Shown: piece by piece, positions 25,855 through 40,279 of the stretch
How the letters are laid out: each line of letters starts with the position of its first letter
Position numbering within the stretch: position 1 is the first letter of the stretch
From: Octopus vulgaris
Taxonomy: Eukaryota
Assembly: GCA_951406725.2 (NCBI GenBank)
Contig: OX597826.1
Location: forward strand, 57,846,001-57,910,000
Direction of reading: 5' to 3'
Length of the DNA: 64,000 bases
Program-made: the position numbers and the translations under genes
The notes under the pieces: generated by a model
Told to the model about the DNA's origin: nothing
The model's database searches: none
Seen by the model: only the letters and a program-made list of their open reading frames with translations

Positions 25855-25900
<46 letters not shown>

Positions 25901-26124
25901 ATGAAAGAGTGACAGTGTGACAGTGAGTGAGGGACGGAAAGTGATAGTGAATGGAAAAGAAAGGAAGAGAGTTAGTGAGAGTAAGATAGAGAATATATCT
26001 GTGAGTGTGCTTGCAAGCAGAAAGTGTTATCTATATGTGCAGCTCCATAATAGTGCATGCATTTTCATATTTAGTATTTGTAAGACAGATTTATAAATTA
26101 GATGATATGTATATCATCATCATC

Positions 26125-26375
26125 ATCATCATCATCGTTTAACGTCTGCTTTCCATGCTAGCATGGGTTGAACAATTTGATTGAGGTCTGGCAAACCAGA
26201 TGGCTGCACCAGGCTCCATTCTGATCAGGCAGAGTTTCTACAGTTAGATGCCTTTCCTAACGCCAACCACTCCGAGAGTGTAGTAGATGCTTTTACGTAC
26301 CACCGGCACGAGGGCCAGTCAGGTGGTACTGGCAACGCCCACACTCAAATGATGCTTTTTATGTGCCACCTGCAC
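26125..26375 (-). mobile_element. Dispersed retroelement family D with (GAT)n tail
   Basis: Conserved GTTGG.GTTAGGAAGGGCATC motif; relatives at about 31920-32220, 34580-34770, 48340-48490 and 63060-63270. Confidence 0.6.
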
Positions 26376-26698
26376 AGATATATACAGATATATATAGCCA
26401 CACCATTTGAGTGTGCAGCTAGAGAAATAAAACCACACCCCTATCTATCTTTCTAAGGCAATCTGTGAGTAAAGCATGCCATTGGCTTTTTACCAACTCT
26501 GTTTACCACTCCCCATTTCTAATTCTTAAAATGTACATCTCTCTCCTAGCCTGGTTTATTTTGCACTATTCATTATAGCAGATGATCTTCCACTGAACTG
26601 CTTCATGTACTTGAAGAGAAAGGACACTAGCTTGTTGCAAATCATTCATAATTTTATGTAAAAGGGACCCAGTATTTAAAAAAAAAAAAAGCTGTATA

Positions 26699-27057
26699 GG
26701 CGCAGGAGTGGCTGCGTGGTAAGTAGCTTGCTTACCAACCACATGGCTCCGGGTTCAGTCCCACTGCGTGGCATCTTGGGCAAGTGTCTTCTACTATAGC
26801 CTCGGGCCAACCAAAGCCATGTGAGTGGATTTGGTAGACGGAAACTGAAAGAAGCCCATCGTATGTATGTATATATATGTGTGTGTGTATGTCTGTGTGT
26901 CTGTGTTTGTCCCCCTAGCATTGCTTGACAACCGATGCTGGTGTGTTTACGTCCCCGTCACTTAGCAGGGTTGATTTGCTCGACTAAAGGCGGTGCTCCA
27001 GCATGGCCGCAGTCAAATGACTGAAACAAGTAAAAGAGTAAAAGAGAGTAAAGAGTA
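26699..27057 (+). mobile_element. SINE family A with internal deletion
   Basis: Matches 62363-62750 but lacks about 60 bp after cttagc. Confidence 0.9.
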
Positions 27058-27393
27058 ATCAACTAATTCTTCTATTCCTTTCATTTACATTCTTGATTAT
27101 TGCATAACAAGCAACATTTGTTGCTTTTTGCAATGGAGTCAAATAGCATATGTCATCTTATCGGAATTTACTGTCTGATCTTGATATGGGATGAAGTGTA
27201 TTTGATGCATTGATTGATTGATTGATAAACTTCATTTATCAATCATCAAGTCGACTGTGTTTTTTTTATACAAGTATTGTTTATACTGCAAACTAACCAA
27301 CTGTTTTTATCAAGATCACTGGACAGATACTGCAACATTATCATTATGATGTATACATAAACACACACACACACACACACACTCGTGCATGCA

Positions 27394-28249
27394 TGAAGTG
27401 GTATCAAAAAGTTCTTGGACTAGTTATGTTTAATAAAAACAACTTATTTACCTATGTTTTAACATTATCTTCGAAATGATCACCTAGCTCAGCAATACAC
27501 CTGTCCCAGTGTTTCTGCCACTTTTTGGAATCTGACCTGAAAGTCGTTTCCATAAGCAAGTTGTGGACCTTCTGTGATTCACTCAGGATCTTGATAATGG
27601 TGTTAAAACAATGATCTTTGAGCTGCATTTTCATCTTGGGGAAGAGAGGGAAGGCTGCTAAATCTGGTGAAGAGGATGGGTACAGAAAGAAGTGATACCA
27701 TTTCGTTTTTGGCGAAAAACTCATGAGTGAGGAGAGATCAATAACGGGGTGCATTTTCACTGTGAAGAATCCAGTTCTTCATGCTCTACAGATCCAGTCA
27801 CTTTCGCCAAATGTCCTCAAACACTCTAAAACATCGTAGCAGAACTTTTGATTAACACTCATATTAAAAAAAAAGAAATTGATGAGCACGTGCTTCATTA
27901 AACTGCAGCTTTGTCATGTGCTTTTGAAGTGTCCAAGCCACTCAGAACAATGTGTGCAACACGTTGCGACATCACTGTAAGCTTACCAAAACAGGCTTAA
28001 TGTCTCTGTAATGCAAAATTTCAAGTTGGCTCTTAGTTCCAACTTCCTATCCATGACAAAAGTTGCAGACTACAGCATACACGTGATCACAAAAATACAA
28101 ATTTCATAACTTGCGAAGTAAACATGGTGATGTCACTCAACACACTGCCTCATGAAGATCACTGCTAGCTCTCACTGTGCACTCAACTGTGTGCTGCCAT
28201 CTGTTGGCATGCTACAGAACTAGTCCGGAAACTTTTTGATACCACCTCA
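27394..28249 (-). mobile_element. Internally deleted mariner transposon
   Basis: About 30-bp TIRs (tgaagtggtatcaaaaagttcttggactagtt / aactagtccggaaactttttgataccacctca), TA at the right end; minus ORF has SSPDLA...LFPKMKMQLK...WDRCIA...GDHFE. Confidence 0.9.
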
Positions 28250-28339
<90 letters not shown>

Positions 28340-30389
28340 CACACACACATACACAAACACACACACACACACACATATATATTGCATTCTGAATTATTCA
28401 CATAGATACGGTCAAATCTCTAATTAAATTAAATTTGGACTTCTTATTGAATACTTTCACTGAAAAGTACCTCATGTTTAAATGGCTTCAGATATGAATT
28501 GTGAAGCACATCTGTATTATTTATATTATGTATCTAACTACATATACAGATGTAATGATATAGTTGTAGATATATAATGTCAAAATTATTTCTATATTTA
28601 GAAGAAAGACTTTTATCATATAGTCTGCCAGAATACCTTATATAACTGGTGATGTATATTAAAGCTGGTGTCTTGAAAAAACACAAACAATTTTTCCATT
28701 TACATTTTTTTTTTTGTAAAAAGAAAAAGCAAGCTTTTTTTCTTTTAACAAACTGAGACTAAATATATTTCTTTAAAATACAATTTTCAAATGTCAATCT
28801 TTTCTCCATAATTTCAATATTTTCACATTACAGTAACAAACAGAAAGCAATGATACAATAGTTTTCTAGTGGGAAAATAACATCAGTGACAAGGCAAAAT
28901 TATATAAGGATAATTGTCCAGAAAATGAAATTGAACCAGCTACTGTCTTTATAAGATATAATTTAAGAAGTAAATTTGGTATCAAATTTTGTATGCATAA
29001 CCTCTCCACTGGATATAATGTTGTCTACTGCAGGCTATTTAGCTCTAAGACATTGTACCATTAAAGTATTCTAGTGGTGTGTACCTTGGACTACATCATC
29101 AAATGTGTCCTTTGATTTAAAATGGTAAGCCATAATGTGTGAAAAGGTATATGTCTGCTATTTGTAGCAGGTTGAGCAATTTCATTGAAGTATCCTACTT
29201 GACATATTTATTGCAGATGATATTCTTAGTTGGTCTGGTACATATTTCAGACAAGGTAAAATGGAGTAGTGGAAGATGAACACTAAAGTGTTCTGATCAG
29301 AAACAACAAAACACATACAGAACATTTGAACACCCGAATATATTGCAGACTTCAATTTTGTTTTGAGTGTTTTTTGTTTTTTTTAACTTTAACTTTCATG
29401 CTCTTACACAAATCACAAACTTTTAAAACATTTCTAAAATATGATTAAACTGCTATATAGCACTGATAAACTTGTATGTAAGTAATAAAGATGAAAACAA
29501 TAATAACAATATCGACAAGTAATACAGAAACGCAAAAAGTGAATAAGTAAAGTTTTAAAGGTGAAAGTGAAATTTGAAAAGACAATAAAGTACAGTTGCT
29601 GTGTATTATTATTTCAGAGACTACAATTAAATAAACATTACTACTGATTAAGCAGTGCAGCAAAAAATAATAAAATAATGAAAAACACACTTAACAAATG
29701 CAACAGACAAAATCTTCACAGTCTATTCTATATGCAGTATTGTTCACACAGGATGCCACACATTGTCGATGCTAGCTTAAGTACAAAGACTAGACATATG
29801 ATAAACTTTCTAAAAAATAAACAAAAATAAGACTTAAAAATTATGAACAAAAATTACAAGATTTTCCCGGAGACAATGAAATCTTTAAAATCACCTATTA
29901 ACACTAATATTTAATTTCTTTTATTGCTATTGTTTAATTTTTAACTCTTTTGAAAATGCTTTGCTTATCTTCTGGCAGACAAGATGAACAGAAACTCAAA
30001 AATATCTATGTTCTTCCAGAATATTCAGTAATCATTTGGAACTTCAAACCTGTACAGCCAAGATAAGAGGGTTATTTTTTTTCTATTTTCTTCGTTTAAA
30101 AAAAATATGCAATGTAAGAGATAAGAGAAACTGTTTAACAAAACTGAAATAAAGTTTAAAAAGAACTTGTTAAAAACATTTGAATTGAATTTAATTAAAT
30201 GTCATAAAATTACATCTTTGTTATCAAGTCTTTCATCACTACACATTATCAAGTCTAAAATCACTTTGATTGCTTATATTTTATGTAAGTGTTGCTATGA
30301 GAGGCTTCTGAATATGGAGAATGCATGGAAGTCTGCCCAAAGTTGAAAACAATAGAGGGACCAGCCGTACTGTTCACAGCAGTATTCAC

Positions 30390-30975
30390 AGCAGTATGGA
30401 AGACAGAGTGACAAAAAATATGAAAGCAGAGAAAGCATCTGGTTAATCAGGATTTGTTACTCAGATGCTTAAAATATCTGGAAGAGTAGGGCACAGGATT
30501 GTCCCCCACATAGTCATTCATGTTATACAGGAAGGTATTGTGCACAAGGACTAAACATAGCAGCTGTAAGGACAAGGAGAAGCATTTGAGAGAAAAAATT
30601 ACATCTATCAAATTGTTGGAGTGTTATGAAAGTTATTGAAATAATCATAGCTTAATTGATTAAGGAGAGAATTAGCCTAGGTAACGTGCCATTCAGTCTT
30701 GTACCAAGAAGTACAATAATTGCCAACTTCTAAGCGACACAACTGCAGGAGGAATTCTAAACAGGAATTAAAAGTCACTGTACTAAGCAATTTTTCAATA
30801 TGAAGAAGACTTTTGACAAGATTCTACGTTCTACATGCATAGGGAGGATGACAGTTGAATAAAATGCACAGAGCTCAAAGTGGATGGAATGTTTGAAAGT
30901 GAGAGACCAAGGAAGGCAAAAGATAAAACCATGAAGACTGATTTCAAGATGCTGAGATGGAAAAGGACCAAGACA
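30390..30975 (+). mobile_element. RTE-clade LINE fragments, highly decayed
   Basis: Degenerate QMLKISG, ISLG and KTFDKI motifs matching the other RTE copies. Confidence 0.6.
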
Positions 30976-31039
30976 ATGAGAAAACTCAACGTTTCAGAAC
31001 GGCAAACACAAACACAGAAAATAGTTGCAGTGGCATGTA

Positions 31040-31236
31040 TTTACTCTCTTTTACTTGTTTCAGTCATTTTGACTGCAGCCATGCTGGAGCACCGCCTTTA
31101 GTCGAGCTAATCGACCCCGGGACTTATTCTTTGTAAGCCCAGTACTTATTCTATCGGTCTCTTTTGCCGAACTGCTAAGTGAAGGGGACGTAAACACACC
31201 AGCATCGGTTGTCAAGCAATGCTAGGGGGACAAACG

Positions 31237-31273
<37 letters not shown>

Positions 31274-31293
31274 ATATATATACGACAGGCTTC
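31040..31293 (-). mobile_element. SINE family A, 3' half
   Basis: Near-identical to 10500-10757. Confidence 0.9.
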
Positions 31294-34080
31294 TGTATGC
31301 TGAGAAGTGTAATAAACACACACACATATTTGGTTCCCTCTCTTAATATGTTACTCTTAAGCTTACATTAACTGCCTCCCTGCCTCCTTGACACCTTCTC
31401 ATCTCTGCTATTCCTCCTCTTAGTAACTACCAGTGTTACTAAAGATGACATATTTCTCTTATTCACTGTACCATATTACCTGCATAACCAGGGATGATAT
31501 TGGACCTATTTGTATTCAATTCTCACCAACATTGCCACCCTTCTTATTTGACTCAATTATCATAAAATCCATGTATAAAGGTTTGCATTAGATTTTTTAG
31601 TACCATCATATACTCTACTATCATCATCTTTGTATGCCAGTCATCACTCCCTCTCATCCAGGCCACTTGTAATGACTAACTCTTACCATTGTCTACTTCT
31701 ATTACAATTGAGTACTCCCTATCCTTCTATACTACAATCTCCAATTACTGTCTTTACCATCATACACTTTCTCCTTTCACTTGCCCATCCTAGTTTTTCT
31801 ATCATTGCTCTCTCTCCCTCTATCTTCTAGGTCAATAGGTCAATAAAGCAGCAAAAAGAAACACATTGAGGAGTAGTGAAGTCACTTTAGTTTTACAGGA
31901 TACAAGGTATCTTCACTAGAACTGGTACCACAGTACATTCTGTAAAGTGGCTGGTGAACAAGTGGTGACAATGTAGGATTGAGAAAACCATATAGTCTTG
32001 CCAAGGACCAGACAACACTTCTACCAGTAGTACCACAATAAAACGCACCTAGTAAACTCAAAGTAGTTGGTGTTAGGAAGGGTATCCAGACATAGAAAGC
32101 ATGCCAAAATAAATATACCATTGCTCGTACCTAGGAAGTTAAACCCTGATAATCTAGAGACTCAGACTGTGACATCCAGCCCAAGCAAGCAAGGAATGCA
32201 AACATACAATGATGATGATGACAATGATGATTGTGATGATGGCGGTGGTGGTGGCAGTTTTGGTGGTGATGATGATTATTATTATTATTATTATAATGGG
32301 GTCGATGAAATAAGTACCAGTTACTTACTGGGGTCAATGTAATCGACTAGTCCCTGACCCAAAATTTCAGGCCTTGCGCCTATAGCAGAAAGGATTATTA
32401 TTATCATTATGATGATGATGACAATGACAGTGATATTTTTTTAATTTTTAATTTTATCTAGTTTCAGCTCACGAGCTGTGGCCATGCGTAAATATATATA
32501 TGTACATACACATGTGTATGTGTATGAGTGTGTCTGTGTGTGTGTATCTACAATATCCCTCTGTGTGTGTGTGTTTATAAACAAAGCAAATGATAAAGCT
32601 ATATGAAAAACTATTACAAGCAGAAACCAAAATATACACCCTCTGTCCAATCTTTTCAAGCAAAACAAAAATTAGAAAAATATAAAGTAATAAATAAAGC
32701 AGTGAAAGATTAAAGAGACCATTCCATGTTTCTCATGTACCTAACTTCAGGAAACTAGGCGCCAGACAGTACGAAATTTGAAAATCACTGACAACATGAA
32801 CAGAAACAAAAGTCGGGTACATAAAAAGCTAACCAATAAATGTTATTTGATTGGATAACTGGAAAATTTATTCACAAAGTGAGGTCAATTAGAAGTAAAA
32901 GTCAATGGAAAATTACAGAAATGGAATCAAAATGAAAAGAGACCATTTTCAAAATGAAAAACTTACTGACACCTTAACAAGGGTAATTCTAAGTAATTAT
33001 TGTTTCACCAGCTGCTTCACATCTCGTCCCACAACAACAGACATAGACTAACATAAGTACCATTAGTACCATTAGTTTCATCAGAGCACATTATTTTCAA
33101 CAGACAGCCTATTATTTTAAAACTACATTTGTTTAGATATTTGGGGTCAGGAAGAGAGATATCCTTTTAAACTTTTATTATCCTTTTTTCTTTTTAATTT
33201 TGAACCGGTTAAAGTATTTCTGCATTTAGCAAATTACTCAAAGTTTCAAGACTAACCTAAATATCTTAAATAGATCATGATATATAAATAAAAAAATAAA
33301 TAAAATTATAGTTTAAAATCTTGATGGTCAAATGATGCTTGAAAGGCAATAGAAATTGTTAGGATTCAATGAAATTCTAAACATAATCCATATCTTGAAT
33401 ATAGTAAATTCTTCAATACTTACTAATCTTTTTTCTCTCTTGTACATATAAGAGAGTTAAGGAGAAATGTACAAGTAGACAGGGGAAAACTGAAGAGTAT
33501 GATAAATAGAGAACTCTATATTAAAAACCTCAAATGAAATTGGATATTGACCATTTGCTACAACTTAGATAAATGTTTGCAGTTGAAAATAAAAAAAGAA
33601 AGAAAAGATAACTCCAAATTTTTCAGAAGTATATATACATTTAATGTTTTGATGTCATTTGAAGACATAAGTAAATTTACTTTCAAGTAAATTTTAAGTT
33701 CAAAACTAAAATATATATAGTAATGTCAACTAAGTAAATAAATGTGAGCAGCATGTAGTTACAGTCATTTTATGTTTTGTGTTCAAATTATACCATGGTT
33801 AACTTTGTCTTCAATTTTTCACTGGTCAATGAAATAAAGTGCCAGTCAAATTAATACTGATTTACAGTCTTTCCCAAATTATGTGCCTTTGTGCCTATAC
33901 TAGAAAACAACATAGTTTAATAGAGATATGTACGGTGGTGGAGCAATAGAGTGGTTGTATACTGTCAACTTATAATTCAAATATCTGAGAAAAGAATATT
34001 AACACTTGTGCAATTAATTGATAATACTCCCTCGAAATGAACTGCAGTTAAACAAGTCAACAAGAGGAGTTTCTGCTTAG

Positions 34081-34218
34081 TTACTCTTTACTTGTTTCAG
34101 TAATTTGGCTGTGGCCATGCTGGAGCACCACCTTTAGTCAAGCAAATCGACCCCAGGATTTATTCTTTGTAAGCTTAGTACTTATTCTATCGGTCTCTTT
34201 TGCTGAACTGCTAAGTTA
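34081..34218 (-). mobile_element. SINE family A, 3' fragment
   Basis: Similarity to family A tail. Confidence 0.8.
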
Positions 34219-34315
34219 GTTGCTTAACTTACTAAAAGCAATAGCTAATTCTCCCTCCGGTTATGTTTCATCATTTCAAAAACTGAATAGTTCTAGATAC
34301 ACTATGCCTAGAAAA

Positions 34316-34346
<31 letters not shown>

Positions 34347-35129
34347 AAATAAAAGGGGAAGGTTATAGGTGGATACCTTTAATCAAAGGTCAGCTCAATG
34401 CTTGAACTGATCTAGGGCTCACAGCAAGAATAGAAACTAAACCAATAAAAAAAATTGATTAATCTACATTCTTTGCATGCATTTAAACTCCCCACACAAA
34501 CACAAACAAATTCTATAAAAATGAACTCTTACACATAGACACACATACACACAAATATATATTGGTAGGTTTCACTAGTACTGGTATTATGGGAAAAAAA
34601 TGTACTCAATATACTCTGTTAAGTGATTAGCATTAGGAAGGGCATCCAGTTATAGGAACCATGACAAAGTGGACATGGACACTTAACACAGTCTTTTGAC
34701 TTCTTGGAGCCTGTTGAACCATCCACCCTGTAGCAGTATGAAAGATGGATGTTAAATGAAGATGATGATATAAGTATTATCTACCTTTTCATGCATGCAG
34801 ACAGAAATTGTTAAGGCAAATTTTCTCACATTGAATACTGTTCCTGGTACCACCCTCACAACTTTCCAAGTTAGTAATATTTACTCAAGTCATGAACAGC
34901 ACAATGGCCAAACGTTTTCATAGAAGATTACAAATGAACAACACTACTAACATGACAGAGATGTCTTTTTTTATTATTAGTGTGTAACATCAAAACAAAA
35001 GACATGAACATACACACACATACACACACGAGAGAGAGAGAGACTTCTTTCAGTTTCCATCTACCATTTTCCGTTCTTCTTTCTAAATTCCCTCTAATCA
35101 CAATTAGAGAAGCAGGAAGCAAAACATAA

Positions 35130-35985
35130 AATCCAGTGTTCTCAAAGTAAACCTAGCAAATACAGACATTTTAGTTGGCTGGAAAGAAGAGAGGACTACC
35201 ATTTAAAAAAATAACCATGCTCAATATGCAGAAAAGGAGTAGAGCAAAATTCTATAAAGTGTAACTAATGTAAACAATGGATAGAGAGGAATCACAAGGA
35301 GGATGACAGAAAGAAGAATACTGTATGAAGCAAATACAGGAGTAGTTAACAATAAGAGTACCAATGAAATATGAATTCTTTCAAATGTTTGGTGGGCTCC
35401 TTAGAAGTAGTTGTGAGTTTTTTGTGAACTATGAGATCTAATTAAATGTCAAGAAGGATGTCCCAAAAATACAGCAGGCAGAATAAGACAGGAATGGTAA
35501 AATTTCAAGAGCCATTACCTCTGCTGGCACCAAATTCATATTCTCTCCATGTGGAAAAAAGCTCTTGTGTGAAGTGCTTTGTCACATGATCGTAAACTAT
35601 GAACATCAAACAAGGAGGAAGTGCAATGGCTGGGAGGAAATGAGGTGAGAATGCTCCACTGGGTGTATAATATTTAATATACATGAACCTCAAAACACAA
35701 ATAAGATAAGAAGGAAACTGGGTATAAGAGGAATCGTAATATAATTTGCAAGAGAGAGAACTGAACTGGTTTGGACATGTGAAGCAGATGGTAAAACAGA
35801 GCAAAGTGATCCAAGTAGAAGGAACTTCTAAAAGAGAAAGAGCAAGAAAGACACGAGAAGAATTGGTAAATGATGGTCTCAGGAGGCTGAATGTCATGAA
35901 GAAAATAATAAATGGTTGCAACAAGTGGTGAAATGCTTTATAACACATGTGAGAATAAATGGGGACATAAAAATGATAATGAGGA
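35130..35985 (+). mobile_element. RTE-clade LINE 3' region, decayed
   Basis: LKVNLA...CSICRKGV...QERELNWFGHVKQM...VEGTSKRERARKT. Confidence 0.7.
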
Positions 35986-37136
35986 TAATTGAGCCTTGAT
36001 TAAAACTATAATCTCATAAACTGCTGTGATAGCACTCCAGTTTATATATATTTATAACAGTGTTGCTTAGATATATATATATACCATGATTTTAACAAAA
36101 ATATAATCTATCTGACGAGTGGTAAACAAATTAACTATACAGTGTCATACAATCAAAAAGTACAATATTACGTAAGTACAATGCTTGATAGCAATTGTTT
36201 GACAATATGTTTCGAGTATAATATCAATCATGCTATAAATTGAAATTCCTTACAATAATTGAATTATTAATGGCAAATAATTCTTTAGAGTAATTCAAGA
36301 CACGACTTTAGATACCATTATTAATGTCAACTAGCACCAACCCATTTTATTCAGATGTAAGCATGTACCCACAAACGAAGCTACACACACACACACACAC
36401 ACACTATAAGTATGATATGTACATGTTTCTGTATGCATTTATGTATGTATACACACATTTATATATATATATATATACATACACATCTTTAGGTCTTGTT
36501 GAATGTCTTTGTTTGCAGTTCTGCTCAAATGGGGACTGATTTAGGGCTAAACAAAAATACACTCCTTTCCATGTATATACATGTTAATGCTGTGTGTTTA
36601 CAAACATGAGTGTGTATGTGTGTGTATGTTGTGTGTGTGCATGTGCATGCGTGTGCGCCTGCCTATGAGTGTTATATAAATTTAGATATCAAATTTTTAA
36701 TGTTTCTAGAGAAAACTGTCTTTATGCTTGTTGGGAAAACTTTCAAGTCTGCCCCCAGTGGTTTTATTTTCGAAATTCCATAGTAGACCACAGGAGAGCA
36801 GGACTTGCTATCAACAACTGAAAAAAATTAACCACCATCTACAAGTTTTATTTTTACGAGCACGAATGAAAGAAAACAGTAGAAGCAAGTGTTTTGCCAT
36901 CAAATATGTACAAGGTTTTAAACACACATACACACACACAAGCACATACACAAGCAAGCATCAGAATTGCTTAGAAGTTGTACAGAAACACTGCTGAGTC
37001 TGCAGCTTCCATAGTTACAGATGCAATAACATTATAAAGAATTTACTTTAAGGAAAAAATTACAGCTACATATACATCCATACATACACATACAAAATGT
37101 TCTGTGATATTTTCTCTTTCTTTATCGGTTTTAGAT

Positions 37137-37268
<132 letters not shown>

Positions 37269-38438
37269 CATACATACAGACATACATATATCACCTGTGC
37301 CTGTATGTGTACCCATATGTATACATGTGCATGTGTGCGTTCATAAATGCGTGTATTTGTATAAGTATAAATGTACGCAAGTGGCATGTGTTTGCATATA
37401 CATGTGCTGCATGCACGTGATGTGTATCAGTAAATGTGGTGCATATATATATATATATATATATACTCATGTTTAAACATACACATATGTGTTCATGTCC
37501 AACCATTGCTGCAGTAGTGAAGTATAATAAGATTCATGGCAGGATGAATGTGCATACTTATTGCCTGCATTGTCTGCATGTAGGTAACTGATAAAAAGAG
37601 TTATGAAACAATCTATACAACCAGCATAATGAACAAGCCACACTTCAGACAGCATTGCAGTGCACATTTCATTATGCAGTGTTTGGTGCAGTGAATCAGG
37701 TGGCATATGTCGCAGTAAATTTGCTGAATATGATTTTTTTCCTTTTGGTATAATATTGTTTTTTTTTTTTAATGTTAGGATAGAGGGATGACAAGTCATT
37801 ATTGTTGTCAGTATTTAACCCAAGGTCAGCTCTGAATGAGCTCACCTGTCATCAAAGGCATTCTTGTTATGATCATCCTATTTTATTTTCACATAGTTTA
37901 TCAACACTACATTATCCAGTGTGTCCTTTCTTTAATAATCTGGTTGGGTGTTATTTGATGGAGATTTAGTAGCTAAATTTAGCAGGTCAACAGATCACAT
38001 TTAAGGTGTCTTTCTTGGCTGAGGTGATGCAGGCAAAGTGAAATTGGACATAGTTGGACATCATAAATCCTTCAAGATTTATTAGAAATAATTAAGGAAC
38101 CCAGCACAGAGATCAGTGATTTAAAGAAGGCAATTGCTATGTGCATATCTTCGTGTATCTACCTGTGTAGGACAAGAAGGTTAACAAATTAAAGGACAGG
38201 GCTTATTGTAACAATGATCAATGAACAGTGATTAATAAACATATGTAGCCATTCATTAATCTAAGCTAGTTAGAAATGTCTTTGTAACCTATGAGTGATT
38301 TTCTTTTATTGCATGAATTACCCATCAGAGAAGTGAACATAATCTATGTAGATATGCATGCACATGCAAGATTGCACTCCATTATGGCCTTAAACATGAT
38401 GGCTAAAAGAAACTAAAACATTAAAACAATAGACATAC

Positions 38439-38476
<38 letters not shown>

Positions 38477-39175
38477 TGTGTGTGTGTGCGTGCGTGCGTG
38501 CGTGTGTGCATGTCTTTGTGTTTGTCCCATACCACCACTACCACTCCACAACTAGTGTTGGCTTGCTTACTCCCCCCTCATAACTTAGCGATTTGGCAAA
38601 AGATATCAACAACATGGAATTTGGCTGCTATGTCTACCAGGTCAGGCAACTACATACCATACCTTTGGTAGAAAATGTCAAGAATTATAGTGATGAAGAC
38701 AACAAATACATTGACAGTGAGGTAGCTGATGCAATCATTTTATGATGATGAGAAAATATTAGGTAGAAACAGGTCAAGGGTTGCATCTCTTGTGTAATAA
38801 AGTATTATTACCTCTCTTCCAACAGTTTCTCCATACAAGGATAAGAAAGTATAGTTGACAAAAAAAACAATTCAACTATATATAATACTATCAGTACTTA
38901 CTTAAATAAATCACAATATAAAATGTTAATACTTAACTTCTTATGTTTCAATATATATTTTTCTAAGCTAGATAGGCCAGGTAGACATCAGAAGTATCTA
39001 ATTTTTAATACTCAATTTTCTTTTTTGTAACTACACTCAATTTAGTACTGTTACATATCCCAGTGAAATTGTTTTTCATGTTATTCTCTTACAGTATCTA
39101 TACAAATTAAAATGCAGAAAAAGAAAAAAAGTTAAGATAATCTTTTGCTGCCATGCACTATCTTTTCTGTCTTTT

Positions 39176-39206
<31 letters not shown>

Positions 39207-39666
39207 CTCTCTCCCTCTCTCTCTCTGAAACACATACACAAAGAGTAAACCAACCTTCTGTAAAAAGAAAGAGTTTCTTTGAAGTCAATAGAAATAGAAG
39301 TTCTTAAAACATTTTCCAGCTAATACAAACTCCAGTTACAATGCAACCATCATTGCCATTCAATGCATTATGTTGACTAGATAACTGAACTTATCTATTA
39401 ATTCAAGTGAGATATCACACACAACATTCCATAGTGTCTGAGCATTGGCTACAGGCATTTCATAACATAAGACATTTTTAACTGATAGAAGAAAATAATC
39501 AGAATGAAACAACTTAGAATCACCAGAAGTTTAGATTCAGGAACAGGATGGCTAAATTTTAATTACTTAGATTCACAATGCTTGAATGAATAAAGTATAA
39601 AGTATCAACAAATTGGATTTGTAAATAATCACTGGGCACATGTGCCATGAATAAGGCACATAAGGC

Positions 39667-40117
39667 ACAGAAGCTGGCTACCCGCATGGTTCTTGGTCTC
39701 AAGCATTTGTCTTATGAAGAAAGGCTGAAGACGCTCGACCTTTATTCTCTAGAAAAACGATGACGCCGTGGTGATCTCATTCTTGCTCACAACATCATAA
39801 GCGGAAAGTGTAACCTCTCGAAAGATCTGTTCTTCACTCCTGCTCTAGAGCGTCGGCTGCAGGGTCACTCCGAAAAGCTCTATCTGTAACGATTTCATCT
39901 CAATCAAAGGAGAGGGGCTTTCTCCGTCCGGGTTGCGGATCCGTGGAAAAAGCTGCCGGACGAGATAGTGAAGATGCTGACGACCGCTCAGTTCAAAGTC
40001 TCCCTTGACCACAAGTGGCCTGAACTCTTTATATGAACACCACCCTGTACATAACTCCATGTCCCCCTACATGGCCTTGCTTTTTGCTTTTTGAGCCAAA
40101 AAATTAACTAACTAACT
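39667..40117 (+). mobile_element. CR1-clade LINE 3' end
   Basis: [37 protein letters not shown]...FSVRVADPWKKLPDEIV; short (AACT)n tail. Confidence 0.85.
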
Positions 40118-40279
40118 GACATTAAGGGGCTCACTTATGCCAGAAATATAGGTAAGGATATTCTGTGTGTGTGTGTAAGTGAGAGAGAGAGATGCACAGA
40201 CAAACAAATAGAACAACTTTGGTAGAGTGTCAAACAAGCTAGAAACTGATCAGTAGTTTCATCAGTAGTTTGGTATCTT

